From: a virus
Length of the DNA: 56,226 nucleotides
Direction: 5' to 3' (one strand)
Virus record (IMG/VR): IMGVR_UViG_3300045988_142515
Location: 1-56,226 of that record
Of this stretch, positions 27,508-36,176 are shown piece by piece. Below the pieces are notes generated by a model, which saw only the letters and a program-made list of their open reading frames with translations, ran no database searches and was not told the origin of the DNA. The translations under genes were made by a program, and so were the position numbers. How positions within the stretch are numbered: the stretch's first letter is position 1; the number at the start of each line of letters is the position of its first letter.

Positions 27508-29234
27508 GCGTAGGATCGATCACCGCTGAGATCGCCCGTCGCATCTGTGACAGCGAGAACGTCGGCTACAGCCAGCCCGAGCGCCGGTCGTGGTACGCGG
27601 CGGCCGACGCTCACGGGCGCGTCTCCAGCCCGCAGAACGCGGACTGTTCCAGTCTGGCGTGCGGTGCCGTCTCCTACGGCATCCACCACACCTACGGGGT
27701 GCCGTGGGGCCACGCCGCCCTCCTGGAGATCAACGACTACTGGACCGGCAACATGCGCCAGGGCATGGAGTCTCATGGCTTCAATGAGGTCCCGTGGAAT
27801 GACTCAGACCTCACCCCTGCCGGCGGCTTCCAGGTCGGGGACATCGTCCTGTCGGCCGCGAACGAGGGCGGCGTCGGCCACGTCGTGGTCGTTGTCGAGT
27901 CCGGCAGTGACCCGCTCGTTTCCGAGGCGTGGATCGCCGAGGACGGTAGCATCGACGGATACGCGGGCGACACCACCGGTCAGGAGACCCGTACCGTCCG
28001 CTACTCCTCGCACCCGCACACTCAGCGCGGCGCGTGGACGTCGTGCCACCGCTTCAGCGAGGCGAAGTTCCTCCAGCAGTGGCCGGCCTTCGCCAAGTGG
28101 AAGACGTCGGCCCCGGCCTCCAGGCCGGCCGCTCCGGCGTCTCAGGCGGCGGCGCCGCAGCACGCCCACGGGATCGACATCTCCAGCCACCAGGGCGGGC
28201 TCAATATCGCCGCGATCTGGGCCGATTTCGTCATCGTCAAGGTGACGGAGGGCACCGGCTACGAGAATCCATTCTGGCGTGCCCAGGCGGAGGCGACGCT
28301 GGCGGCCTCGAAGCGGCTTGGGTTCTACCACTTCGCCCGTCCAGGTGACGCGGCCGCCCAGGCTCGCTACTTCGTGTCCGCCGTCGGCGCCCTGCGCAGC
28401 AAGGCGACCCTGTGGCTCGACTGGGAGGACAACGCGGTGCCGCTGGGACCTGGCTGGGCGAAGGCGTTCCTGGACACCGTTAAGTCCCTGACGGGCTCCA
28501 CGCCGGGCATCTACATGAACGGCAGCGCCGTGGGCGGCTACGACTGGAGCGCCGTCGCTGCCCAGTACCCCCTGTGGTACGCGGGCGGCCCGGACTACTC
28601 GGACTACGGCCGCCCCTACTCGGACCCGGCGGTGCCCTCGGTCTCCTACTGGGGGCAGCCGCTCATCCACCAGTACACAGAGGACGGGAGCCTGCCCGGC
28701 TACTCCGGCACGCTGGACCTGAACCGCTTGCGTGACCGGACCGCGTGGGACCGCATGATCAACGGCGGCGCCGTCACCTCGGCCCCGGCCCCCGCAGCCT
28801 CGGCCACGCCGTCGGCGAGCCCCTACACGGGCAAGAAAAACAAGTCCGATGGCCAGTCGGAGCTTGTCTGCAACGGCGTCTTCGGGATCGCGACGATCGG
28901 CCGGCTTCAGCAGGTCATGGGTACGCCGATCGACGGCATCCTGAACGAGGGCGGCAGCCCCGCCGTCGCCCGCCTCCAGGCGTTCCTGAACTCGGCCGTA
29001 CAGGCGACCACCCAGGTCGCCCTAAACGACTCGCCGCGTCTGGCCGAGGACGGCGTCCTCGGAGCGGCCACGTGGCGCACGCTCCAGTTCCTCATCATGG
29101 CCTGGCACAAGGAGTACCTGCCTCAGGGCTGGGACTTCGCTGACTGGGTTGACGGTGAGGCCGGCCCTGCCACGATCGGCGCTCTCCAGCGGGCGCTGAA
29201 CAACTCCAAGGCCAACTCGCGGCGGCTGTGGTGA
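27504..29234 (+). CDS. endolysin: Cys-peptidase (NlpC/P60/CHAP-like) + GH25 muramidase + peptidoglycan-binding repeats
   Basis: NADCSSLACG...VGHVVVV (Cys/His peptidase pair). HGIDISSHQG..VIVKVTEG..FYHFARPG..LWLDWE (GH25). GVFGIATIGRLQQ and EDGVLGAATWRTLQ (PG-binding). Confidence 0.8.
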   Translation: MSVGSITAEIARRICDSENVGYSQPERRSWYAAADAHGRVSSPQNADCSSLACGAVSYGIHHTYGVPWGHAALLEINDYWTGNMRQGMESHGFNEVPWNDSDLTPAGGFQVGDIVLSAANEGGVGHVVVVVESGSDPLVSEAWIAEDGSIDGYAGDTTGQETRTVRYSSHPHTQRGAWTSCHRFSEAKFLQQWPAFAKWKTSAPASRPAAPASQAAAPQHAHGIDISSHQGGLNIAAIWADFVIVKVTEGTGYENPFWRAQAEATLAASKRLGFYHFARPGDAAAQARYFVSAVGALRSKATLWLDWEDNAVPLGPGWAKAFLDTVKSLTGSTPGIYMNGSAVGGYDWSAVAAQYPLWYAGGPDYSDYGRPYSDPAVPSVSYWGQPLIHQYTEDGSLPGYSGTLDLNRLRDRTAWDRMINGGAVTSAPAPAASATPSASPYTGKKNKSDGQSELVCNGVFGIATIGRLQQVMGTPIDGILNEGGSPAVARLQAFLNSAVQATTQVALNDSPRLAEDGVLGAATWRTLQFLIMAWHKEYLPQGWDFADWVDGEAGPATIGALQRALNNSKANSRRLW

Positions 29235-29255
29235 AGCCGTGACATCGGCGTAACC

Positions 29256-29280
29256 TATAGAGGCTTCACAGACTCATAGG
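29256..29280 (+). promoter_or_regulatory. conserved late-operon motif TATAGAGG-N8-ACTCATAGG (twin of 12265..12289)
   Basis: cctatagaggcttcacagactcataggg. Confidence 0.5.
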
Positions 29281-29290
29281 GATACACTAA

Positions 29291-29317
29291 GGGCGGGGAC
29301 TCATGAGGTCCCCGCCC
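29291..29317 (+). other. 10-bp hairpin between the lysin and holin genes
   Basis: gggcggggac tcatgag gtccccgccc. Confidence 0.5.
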
Positions 29318-29338
29318 TTACCTATGGAAGGAGAACAT

Positions 29339-29599
29339 GTGAAGTACGCAACCGCGACGTTCTGGGAGGGCCTGGCCGAGCGCGCCATCTCCACCTTTGC
29401 GCAGTCCCTTGTGGGCGCCTTCGGTGTCGGCAGCTCGCTTTTCGGCCTGGACTGGAAGGGTGCGTTCGGCATCGCCGGTGCGGCCGCTCTGGCCTCTGTC
29501 CTGAAGTCGTTCTCCCTGCCCGAGGAGACCGACCGCGCCGTGGCCTCGGCCGAGGTGGAGGCCTACAACCCCCGCCACGCCTCCGACCTGGCCGGCTGA
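29339..29599 (+). CDS. holin (r1t-type-like, 86 aa)
   Basis: GTG 29339 after ggaaggaga. ERAISTFAQSLVGAFGV and two hydrophobic segments. Adjacent to the endolysin. Confidence 0.6.
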   Translation: MKYATATFWEGLAERAISTFAQSLVGAFGVGSSLFGLDWKGAFGIAGAAALASVLKSFSLPEETDRAVASAEVEAYNPRHASDLAG

Positions 29600-29606
29600 G
29601 ACAGCC

Positions 29607-30095
29607 ATGCTCGCAGCAGAGTCGTCCCCGTCGCCTATCGTCACAGTGCTGACCTCGCCGGACGTGATCGCGGCGGGGACGGCCCTGCTGGTTGCACTCA
29701 TCACCTGGCTCAGGATCACGATCAGTAAGCAGCAGCAGCGCCTGGAGGAGAGGATGACCCGGATGAACGCCCACATCGCGAGGGCGGCCAGTGCGGCGGA
29801 ATCGGCCTCGGAAGGCGTCCACAACAGCCACAGCGAGAATCTGCGGGACGACCTCGACTCCAAGTTCGGGCAGGTCCTGGATGGGCTGGCCCGCCTGACC
29901 GCGTCGGTCGACGACCTTCGGGAGTCGGACCGGCAGCACGACGCCCGCATGGCCCGCCTGGAGAACCAGATCGAGGGCGTCCGCAATGACGCCCGTACTG
30001 ATAGGTCTCACCTATACACGGAGGTCCAGTCATTACATGATCGTATTGATAAGGTAAAGTCTGAGACGATACCGTTACGTCAGGAGCCCAGATGA
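29607..30095 (+). CDS. membrane-anchored coiled-coil protein of the lysis cassette
   Basis: N-terminal TM helix AAGTALLVALITWL followed by a long coiled coil. Confidence 0.5.
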   Translation: MLAAESSPSPIVTVLTSPDVIAAGTALLVALITWLRITISKQQQRLEERMTRMNAHIARAASAAESASEGVHNSHSENLRDDLDSKFGQVLDGLARLTASVDDLRESDRQHDARMARLENQIEGVRNDARTDRSHLYTEVQSLHDRIDKVKSETIPLRQEPR

Positions 30096-30571
30096 TCTCT
30101 CCCGCAGCTACGATCACCGGCCGAGTCGTAGGCCCTGACGGCCTGGGGCGCCTGGGCCGCCTCACTCTCACTCCCGCCAGCCTCGGCGCACCTCTCCCGG
30201 CTAGGGACATCGTCGCAGGTAGAGCCTCGTTCCGCATCGATACTGACGGATATCTGGTAGGGCATTCAGGCCGGTCGGTAACCGTCTCTCCCGGGAACTA
30301 TGAGATAGATCTCAATATTCCTGGGGACCTCGGAGCCCATGTCAGGACAACTAGAGCCCTGGCAGACGGTGACGTGCTTAATATCGCCGACCTGCTCGCG
30401 ACGGTGCCCGCCCCACCACCACCACCACCTCCGCCGCCAAGCCCGGACCCGGGCCAGCCGCCTACGCCTCGGGAACGGGGTGTCCGCATTGCGGGACAGC
30501 CCGGTATCCTTGAGGCTATAGATAGGTCGAAAGTCATAGACCTAGGCAATGGAGTACTCACCTGGAGGTAG
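30092..30571 (+). CDS. hypothetical protein with a poly-proline tract
   Basis: ORF track. VPAPPPPPPPPPSPDPGQPP encoded by a (CCA)n-like run near 30414. Confidence 0.55.
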   Translation: MISPAATITGRVVGPDGLGRLGRLTLTPASLGAPLPARDIVAGRASFRIDTDGYLVGHSGRSVTVSPGNYEIDLNIPGDLGAHVRTTRALADGDVLNIADLLATVPAPPPPPPPPPSPDPGQPPTPRERGVRIAGQPGILEAIDRSKVIDLGNGVLTWR

Positions 30572-30577
30572 ACGGCT

Positions 30578-32314
30578 ATGGCCGATCTCACATGGTACAG
30601 CCGAGAGGGCGCTGACCAGCGGTTCCTGACGAAGACCGAGGCATCTGGCCTGGCCACCAAGGCTGAGAGCACGCAGGGCGACGCCGCCCTGAGCGGTCGG
30701 ATCGACGCCGTCAAGGCCACCGCCGAGGCTGCCCTGCCGTCAGCCACCGCCGCCGTCACCTACTCCACGAAGGCCGAGATGGAGGCCGTCAAGCAGTCCA
30801 TTCCCCCGGCCTCTACGCCTCCGGACCTGTCGGGCTACGCGACCAAGTCCGAGATGCAGGCCGCCGACGGCGCGCTCGATCAGCGCATCGGCATCGTCTC
30901 CGGGGTCGCCTCCGCCGCGGCCACGAAGGCCGAGCTGGCCCAGTACGCGACCACCGCGGCCGTCGCCAGCACCTACGCCACCCGGGAGTCCCTGGCAGAC
31001 TACCTGACAGCCTCCGACGCGGAGAGCACGTACGCCACGAAGGCCGCACTCGCTCAGGCCCAGCTCGGAGGGGGCGGCGGCCAGGCTCCGGACCTCTCAG
31101 GGCTCGCCACCAAGGCTGAGATGCATCAGGCCGACTCCGCCCTGGGCGCCCGCATTACCCAGGTCAAGGCCACCGCCGACGCCGCCCTCCCCAAGATCGA
31201 GGCCTCCGCTCAGTACGCCTCCAAGGCAGAGGTGTCGGGATACCTCAAGCAGACCGATGCCGACTCCCGCTACGCCGCCAAGTCGTCCCTGGCCGGGGTC
31301 AAGGCGACGGCGGACAAGGCCATCGCCGCCCAGTCGCCGTTCCATCCCGGGGAGCGCTACTACTCCCCTGTGACGTATTTCTGGCCCGACTACTACGACG
31401 ACGGCAAGCCGGGCAAGACCTCGAAGTGGGCGCAGATCCTAAAGTTCGCGGGCTCCCTGGGCATCGTCATCCTCAACCGCAGCAGCGGCAACTGGGACGA
31501 GTTCAACGTCGACTTCAAAAAGCAGGCCGAGCTGGCGCTCGCCGCGGGCGCGAAGCGGGCGGTCTTCTACGTCAAGACCCAGTACCTCGCGGCTACCCTC
31601 CCCGCAGGCGACCCTGGCCGGACCGACGTCCCCAACGTCGACAAGTACACGCCCGACTACATCCTCGGCCAGATCGAGAAGGCTAAGACCCAGTACGGGG
31701 ATGTCTGCCAGGGCGTGTTCCTGGACGAGACGATCAACGGCTGGGGCACGCAGGCCGGCCGCATCCCCGCCTACAAGTCCCTAATCGATCAGATCCGCGC
31801 CAAGTACGGCAAGGACTTCCTCATCGTCGTCAACTCGGGCTCGAACATCTCCGAGGACATGTGCCGGCTCGACTTCGACGTCTGCATGATGTTCGAGAAG
31901 GACGCGACCGCGTTCCTGAACGAGGACCCCGGCACGCCGATCCTCCCGGACCACATGAAGGCGTACCCGTCCACACGCTGGTGGGCCGTCGTCCATGGAG
32001 TCACCTCGGAGAACTACCGGAAGGTCTTCGACAAGGCTGACAAGCTCGGGATCGCGCACCTGTACATCACGGACGGGCAGTTGCGCGAGGACCCGCAGCA
32101 GGGCGGCCAGTGGGAGCCGGTCGGCAACCCCTATGCGAACCCGCCGTCGAGTCACATCCTTGAGCTCGTGGTTCCGTGGCTGAAGGGCTACCTCCCGCTG
32201 AAGCTGGAGGTGGACGAGCTGCGCTCTCGGCCGGCCGTCCTGTCCCTCGGCAAGCACGAGGCTGTCCCTGCTGGGACTAAGCCTGGAACGATCATCGTTA
32301 GGAAGGATGCCTAA
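30578..32314 (+). CDS. fibre-repeat protein with C-terminal spherulin-4/GH135-like glycoside hydrolase domain (putative exopolysaccharide depolymerase)
   Basis: N-terminal repeats Y(A/S)TKAE x6 or more. C-terminal GIVILNRSSGNWDEF...AKRAVFYVKTQY...CQGVFLDE fits my recollection of the spherulation-specific family 4 pattern. Confidence 0.5.
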   Translation: MADLTWYSREGADQRFLTKTEASGLATKAESTQGDAALSGRIDAVKATAEAALPSATAAVTYSTKAEMEAVKQSIPPASTPPDLSGYATKSEMQAADGALDQRIGIVSGVASAAATKAELAQYATTAAVASTYATRESLADYLTASDAESTYATKAALAQAQLGGGGGQAPDLSGLATKAEMHQADSALGARITQVKATADAALPKIEASAQYASKAEVSGYLKQTDADSRYAAKSSLAGVKATADKAIAAQSPFHPGERYYSPVTYFWPDYYDDGKPGKTSKWAQILKFAGSLGIVILNRSSGNWDEFNVDFKKQAELALAAGAKRAVFYVKTQYLAATLPAGDPGRTDVPNVDKYTPDYILGQIEKAKTQYGDVCQGVFLDETINGWGTQAGRIPAYKSLIDQIRAKYGKDFLIVVNSGSNISEDMCRLDFDVCMMFEKDATAFLNEDPGTPILPDHMKAYPSTRWWAVVHGVTSENYRKVFDKADKLGIAHLYITDGQLREDPQQGGQWEPVGNPYANPPSSHILELVVPWLKGYLPLKLEVDELRSRPAVLSLGKHEAVPAGTKPGTIIVRKDA

Positions 32315-32826
32315 TGGCGGATAGTGTCCTGCCCCCGTTCGGGACGTGGTGGCGCGGCAACGGTGTGAGAGATGGCGATGGGGCGCTGATCCGGGCAGGC
32401 TCGTCCTCGACCCTGTTCGACCAGTACGCGCTAGACCGCGAGGATGGTAAGTGGACGATCGAGTACGAGTACTCAGCCGATGCTGAGGCGGTCGTATGGA
32501 TCGTCATCAACCGGTACAGCGACGCGAAGGTGAAGCTTGGGGAGGGTGCGATCTTCGACCGGCGCCTCCCGGCGGCCCAGAACAGCCGCATCGTCCTGGA
32601 TATGGAGTTTCCTGCCAAGGTCGACGCCAAGTGGCTCCCGTCCATGGTCGTCCGACCCGGCGGCGCGGATGTTAAGTTCAACTGGGTGAAGGTCTATAAG
32701 ACCCCGCCCCCAGCTCCGGCGGGCCCCGTCACTACCGTGTGGAACGGCACAGACGAGATCGGGGTGGCCGTCACCGTCTGGGACGGTACCAGCGAGATTC
32801 CAGCTACTGTCGAGATTCAGGCCTAA
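32314..32826 (+). CDS. hypothetical beta-rich protein (possible carbohydrate-binding)
   Basis: ORF track. TAATG coupling to the upstream gene. Confidence 0.5.
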   Translation: MADSVLPPFGTWWRGNGVRDGDGALIRAGSSSTLFDQYALDREDGKWTIEYEYSADAEAVVWIVINRYSDAKVKLGEGAIFDRRLPAAQNSRIVLDMEFPAKVDAKWLPSMVVRPGGADVKFNWVKVYKTPPPAPAGPVTTVWNGTDEIGVAVTVWDGTSEIPATVEIQA

Positions 32827-32883
32827 GGAGAAACTGTCGTAATCCACGATATCAAGGTCACGAAGGCCTCCTGACGGTAGCAC

Positions 32884-32925
32884 AAGGCCCCCGCTTGTAA
32901 CTGGGCTAGTACAAGCGGGGGCCTT
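32884..32925. terminator. bidirectional terminator between convergent genes
   Basis: 16-bp perfect stem aaggcccccgcttgta / tacaagcgggggcctt. Confidence 0.75.
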
Positions 32926-32931
32926 AGTATG

Positions 32932-35085
32932 TCAGGAGTAGAGCTCCCAAGCGGAGGCGTTCCCTCCCTGGGCCTCAAAGGTGAGGATTGCCGGCTTGGT
33001 GGAGTCCCCTGAGATGTTGGTCCACCAGTCTGAGCCGCGGTCGGCGGAGGGGCAGGAGATGATCCAACGCGAGTCCCCGACCTGGCGGACACCGAAGTTG
33101 TGCCAGTGCCCGTGGACAAGGATCCTGGCGTCGTAGAGGCCGCTACGGCGGCCGAACGCGAGGTCTCTGAACCATCCGGGCACCTTCGACTGTGAGCCTG
33201 CCAGGTGGCCGTGGGTGAAGCCGATGCGGGTCCCGTCCGCGGCGTCCACGGTAACGGCCTCCTCCCACTTCTCGGGACGGTGGAAGGTGACGTGCTCATA
33301 TCCTGGGCGGTCGGCGATGATGTCTTCGATGTTGTGGGAGATCATGATGCCGAAGTCGTCGTCTGGGGCGTTGGCGCGGGAGTTCTTCCCCGTACCGGTG
33401 CGCACCGCGCAGTGGTTGGACGGGACGGCCACGTAGTAGAGGGACTCGCACAGCGGCGCGAGCAGCTGGACGGCCTCGGCGTAGAGGCGTTGGACAGTGC
33501 GAATCTGATCGGTCAGGGACAGGTCGTTGGTCTGGGCCTGGCTGGCGACGTTCCAGAAGCCCTCTGTCGAGTCCCCGACGTCTGCGAGGATGATGCGCTG
33601 ATACGGGGCCGGCTCTGTGAGGTCGTCTGCGATGTCCTTCAGGGCGCGGCGCACGAGCCGGACCGTGTCCTCCGTGCCGCCACCACTTCCACAGTTGTGC
33701 GTGAGTGTCAGTTCCCGGCCAGCCAGATACTCCCCACCCTCGACGGTGATGCACTGAGCCATGCCCCGGCCCGCAGGAACCACGTCGATCACGGACAGGC
33801 GATGGTCCCGCCTCTCTGTAGACGGCCGCTGATTGGCGGCCTTGCGAGGGAGTCGGAACATCGGCCGGTCTGCTCGGAACTGAATGCGCCAGTGTTGCTT
33901 GCACTGGGCATCGCCGTAGTGTCCGATAGCCGTAGTTACCTTGGGGGTTACTCCCTCCAAGTGGAGGAGGGTGAGGACGCCGTCGATGATGTTCTTGTTG
34001 GTGTTGCTAAACTCGATGGCGCCTGACCTAGGGTTGCAGTAGCCGTCGGAGTCCATGAGGCCCTGGAGGAGTGCGAGGCGCTGCTCAGACGAGGCTTGCA
34101 GATACGCCTCGGGGATGTGCTTGTTGTCCTTCAGTCCCGCCAGTCGAAGATCCCGGGTTAGGCCGTCTACGACGACGGTGCCCAGGCCCTCCCGGGACTT
34201 GATCTCGTGCCCAAGGGCGAGCAGGTGGTCACGATCCACGGCTCCCTTGGTGATACGCCCGCCCGAGGCTCGCCCGTCCCCCAGCCAGAACCCCAGGATG
34301 TAGGGGTCGATGGGGAGGCTGGCCTCGGGCAGCTCGATCGGGCTATGCGCCCACACCTTGAAGGGCCGCATCCTACCGGCCCGCATTCGGGTGATCTTCA
34401 TGATCTCCTCAGTCGTGAGAGTCATCTCACGGTCCTCCCACCGGGACGTGTCTCCCTCAGGGTGCATGCGGCGACGGCCGCTCCATAGGTGGCCTGAGGT
34501 AGCCCGCAGCGCTCGCCCCTCGGGGAAGGTGACGTCGAAGAGGTCCTGCTCGGTCGAGCCGGTCACTGCAAGGATGCGCTTCGGCTTACCGTCCCGGCCA
34601 TAGACGTGCATGCCCGGGCGGAGGTCCCCGTGGCGCTTCCAGCCGTCGGTCGTCAGGACCGGGGTTGAGTCTTCAAGAGCTTTGCCTACCTGAAAGTCCG
34701 CCAGGCAGACCACCGGCGTCGACTCGATCGGGCCGGACGGGCTGGTCGCCCTAGGCAGGAGAGGCTCGCGAAAGACGGGCTCCAAGTCCTCGTAGGAGAG
34801 GCGCTTAGCCTCCTCCATCTCAACGGCTCCGGGGCGGTACTCGATCTTCTCGTACGAGCCGTCGGCGAGGCGGACGGTCTTGCCGCGCTTCGTGATGGCA
34901 CCTACGGGGAGGTCGAAGAACGCGTCGCGGTCGAACTCATCCCGGCCCTTGCGTTTCAGGGCGCGCCTATGCCGGCGCACGGTCGCCTCGGAGGTGTTGA
35001 ACTCCTCGGCCAGGTCGACGTTCGTCTTGCGCTCTCGCTCGGGGAGCTCGTCGTTGGCGATGATCGCCTCGTCCAGCGGACTCAT
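32932..35085 (-). CDS. HTH-domain calcineurin-like metallophosphoesterase precursor interrupted by an intein (717 aa)
   Basis: N-terminal HTH NVDLAEEFNTSEATVRRHRRAL. MPP motifs LADFQVGK | ILADVGDSTE, VPSNHC, FTHGH, LVHGHWH. RBS aggagaccc. Confidence 0.8.
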   Translation of the reverse strand: MSPLDEAIIANDELPERERKTNVDLAEEFNTSEATVRRHRRALKRKGRDEFDRDAFFDLPVGAITKRGKTVRLADGSYEKIEYRPGAVEMEEAKRLSYEDLEPVFREPLLPRATSPSGPIESTPVVCLADFQVGKALEDSTPVLTTDGWKRHGDLRPGMHVYGRDGKPKRILAVTGSTEQDLFDVTFPEGRALRATSGHLWSGRRRMHPEGDTSRWEDREMTLTTEEIMKITRMRAGRMRPFKVWAHSPIELPEASLPIDPYILGFWLGDGRASGGRITKGAVDRDHLLALGHEIKSREGLGTVVVDGLTRDLRLAGLKDNKHIPEAYLQASSEQRLALLQGLMDSDGYCNPRSGAIEFSNTNKNIIDGVLTLLHLEGVTPKVTTAIGHYGDAQCKQHWRIQFRADRPMFRLPRKAANQRPSTERRDHRLSVIDVVPAGRGMAQCITVEGGEYLAGRELTLTHNCGSGGGTEDTVRLVRRALKDIADDLTEPAPYQRIILADVGDSTEGFWNVASQAQTNDLSLTDQIRTVQRLYAEAVQLLAPLCESLYYVAVPSNHCAVRTGTGKNSRANAPDDDFGIMISHNIEDIIADRPGYEHVTFHRPEKWEEAVTVDAADGTRIGFTHGHLAGSQSKVPGWFRDLAFGRRSGLYDARILVHGHWHNFGVRQVGDSRWIISCPSADRGSDWWTNISGDSTKPAILTFEAQGGNASAWELYS
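33694..34680 (-). mobile_element. intein (329 aa, residues A136-N464) with a LAGLIDADG homing endonuclease; class-3-like signature
   Basis: Starts ALEDSTPVLTTDGW (Ala1). Block B TSGHLW (Trp at B:12). LAGLIDADG motifs LGFWLGDGRA and LLQGLMDSDGY. Block F AQCITVE. Ends LTLTHN followed by C+1. Confidence 0.8.
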
Positions 35086-35123
35086 GGGTCTCCTATCTCG
35101 GGGCTACTGGGAATGTTGGGGAA

Positions 35124-35154
35124 ATTCTATCCCTGTCCCCAGCCTTTTCCACAA
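35124..35154 (-). promoter_or_regulatory. candidate promoter of the phosphoesterase gene
   Basis: On the minus strand: TTGTGG, 19-nt spacer, TAGAAT. Confidence 0.35.
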
Positions 35155-35214
35155 ATCCATTAACCGTTTCGGGACCTACGTGTCGCACATCACCTGAGTA
35201 ACTATTGTCAGGCA

Positions 35215-35243
35215 TTGCCCCCGCCTCACTTCCAACCTACAGT
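35215..35243 (+). promoter_or_regulatory. promoter of the replication operon; leaderless start at 35250
   Basis: TTGCCC, 17-nt spacer, TACAGT, then 6 nt to ATG 35250. Confidence 0.55.
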
Positions 35244-35249
35244 TGAGGC

Positions 35250-35447
35250 ATGAGCACTTCAACATTCGTCATCACCGGCCACGCCTGCCGAGGCTGCAAG
35301 CACTGCGAGCAGGGGGCTCAGCTCGTAGGTCTCAAGCTGATCCACTGGACACTCGCCCTGTTTACCAGCTTCATCTGGCTGTTGGTTCCGCTGTTCTACA
35401 AGCGGTGCCTATGCTGTGGCCACAGCCTGTACCTGAACCAGCACTGA
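35250..35447 (+). CDS. small Cys-rich membrane protein (65 aa)
   Basis: CRGCKHC ... CLCCGH plus the TM helix WTLALFTSFIWLLVPLFY. Confidence 0.55.
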   Translation: MSTSTFVITGHACRGCKHCEQGAQLVGLKLIHWTLALFTSFIWLLVPLFYKRCLCCGHSLYLNQH

Positions 35448-35482
35448 TCTACCTCTCCACCTACCCAGATAAGGGGAATCCC

Positions 35483-35635
35483 ATGAAGAACCAGTACGAG
35501 TACACGATCAACTCAACCGACGACATCCGTAAGGCCCCGGCCGAGGGGTCCGCTGGTGCGGGCCCGCGCCTTCGAGTGGAGGATGGCGCCGAGGCAATTC
35601 GAGGTGCCGCAGCCTCCTCCGGAACTGAGAACTGA
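35483..35635 (+). CDS. small hypothetical protein (50 aa)
   Basis: ATG 35483 after aagggga, inside ORF 35243..35635. Confidence 0.4.
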   Translation: MKNQYEYTINSTDDIRKAPAEGSAGAGPRLRVEDGAEAIRGAAASSGTEN

Positions 35636-35654
35636 GAACTGATAGGAGAATCCA

Positions 35655-35975
35655 ATGACATCCCTCTCTACCAATTACCTCGCCTTCCCCAGCAACTTCA
35701 ACCCTCTCACCGAGCGCCGCGTGTCTGCTCAGTCCTGGGCCAACGCCCTTCTCCCCTACCTGCACTACGTGCACACCGTCGAGCAGAACGGCGTCACGCA
35801 GGTCATAGCGGAGAACGGGAACGACCTCGTCCTGACCCTCACCCAGTCCGAGGAGAAGCGCGGCCGCTGGCCGCTGTGGACTATGGACATCTACTCCCGG
35901 CGTACTCGCGTCGAGTACAGCTACAAGGTCGGTAACCTCCGGGACGTGCTAGTCTCTCTCCTGCACGAGCTCTGA
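35655..35975 (+). CDS. hypothetical protein (106 aa)
   Basis: ORF track. RBS ataggagaatcc. Confidence 0.6.
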   Translation: MTSLSTNYLAFPSNFNPLTERRVSAQSWANALLPYLHYVHTVEQNGVTQVIAENGNDLVLTLTQSEEKRGRWPLWTMDIYSRRTRVEYSYKVGNLRDVLVSLLHEL

Positions 35976-36030
35976 ACCATCACCACCGCCTAGTCAGCGG
36001 GCCAGAGCCTCGCCAGGCAACGGAGCCACG

Positions 36031-36066
36031 CAGAAACCCCACGGTTCAAGGTCGTGGGGTTTTCTG
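36031..36066 (+). terminator. intrinsic terminator
   Basis: cagaaaccccacg / cgtggggttttctg, followed by ttg. Confidence 0.7.
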
Positions 36067-36176
36067 TTGCCCGGATCACGCTTGTAAAGTTGTGAGCTCT
36101 TTACCCGTCACCTCACAAGATGTAGGCTGGACCCATCACCCGGCGACGGCCACCGCCGTCCCAGATAGGAGCAGTC

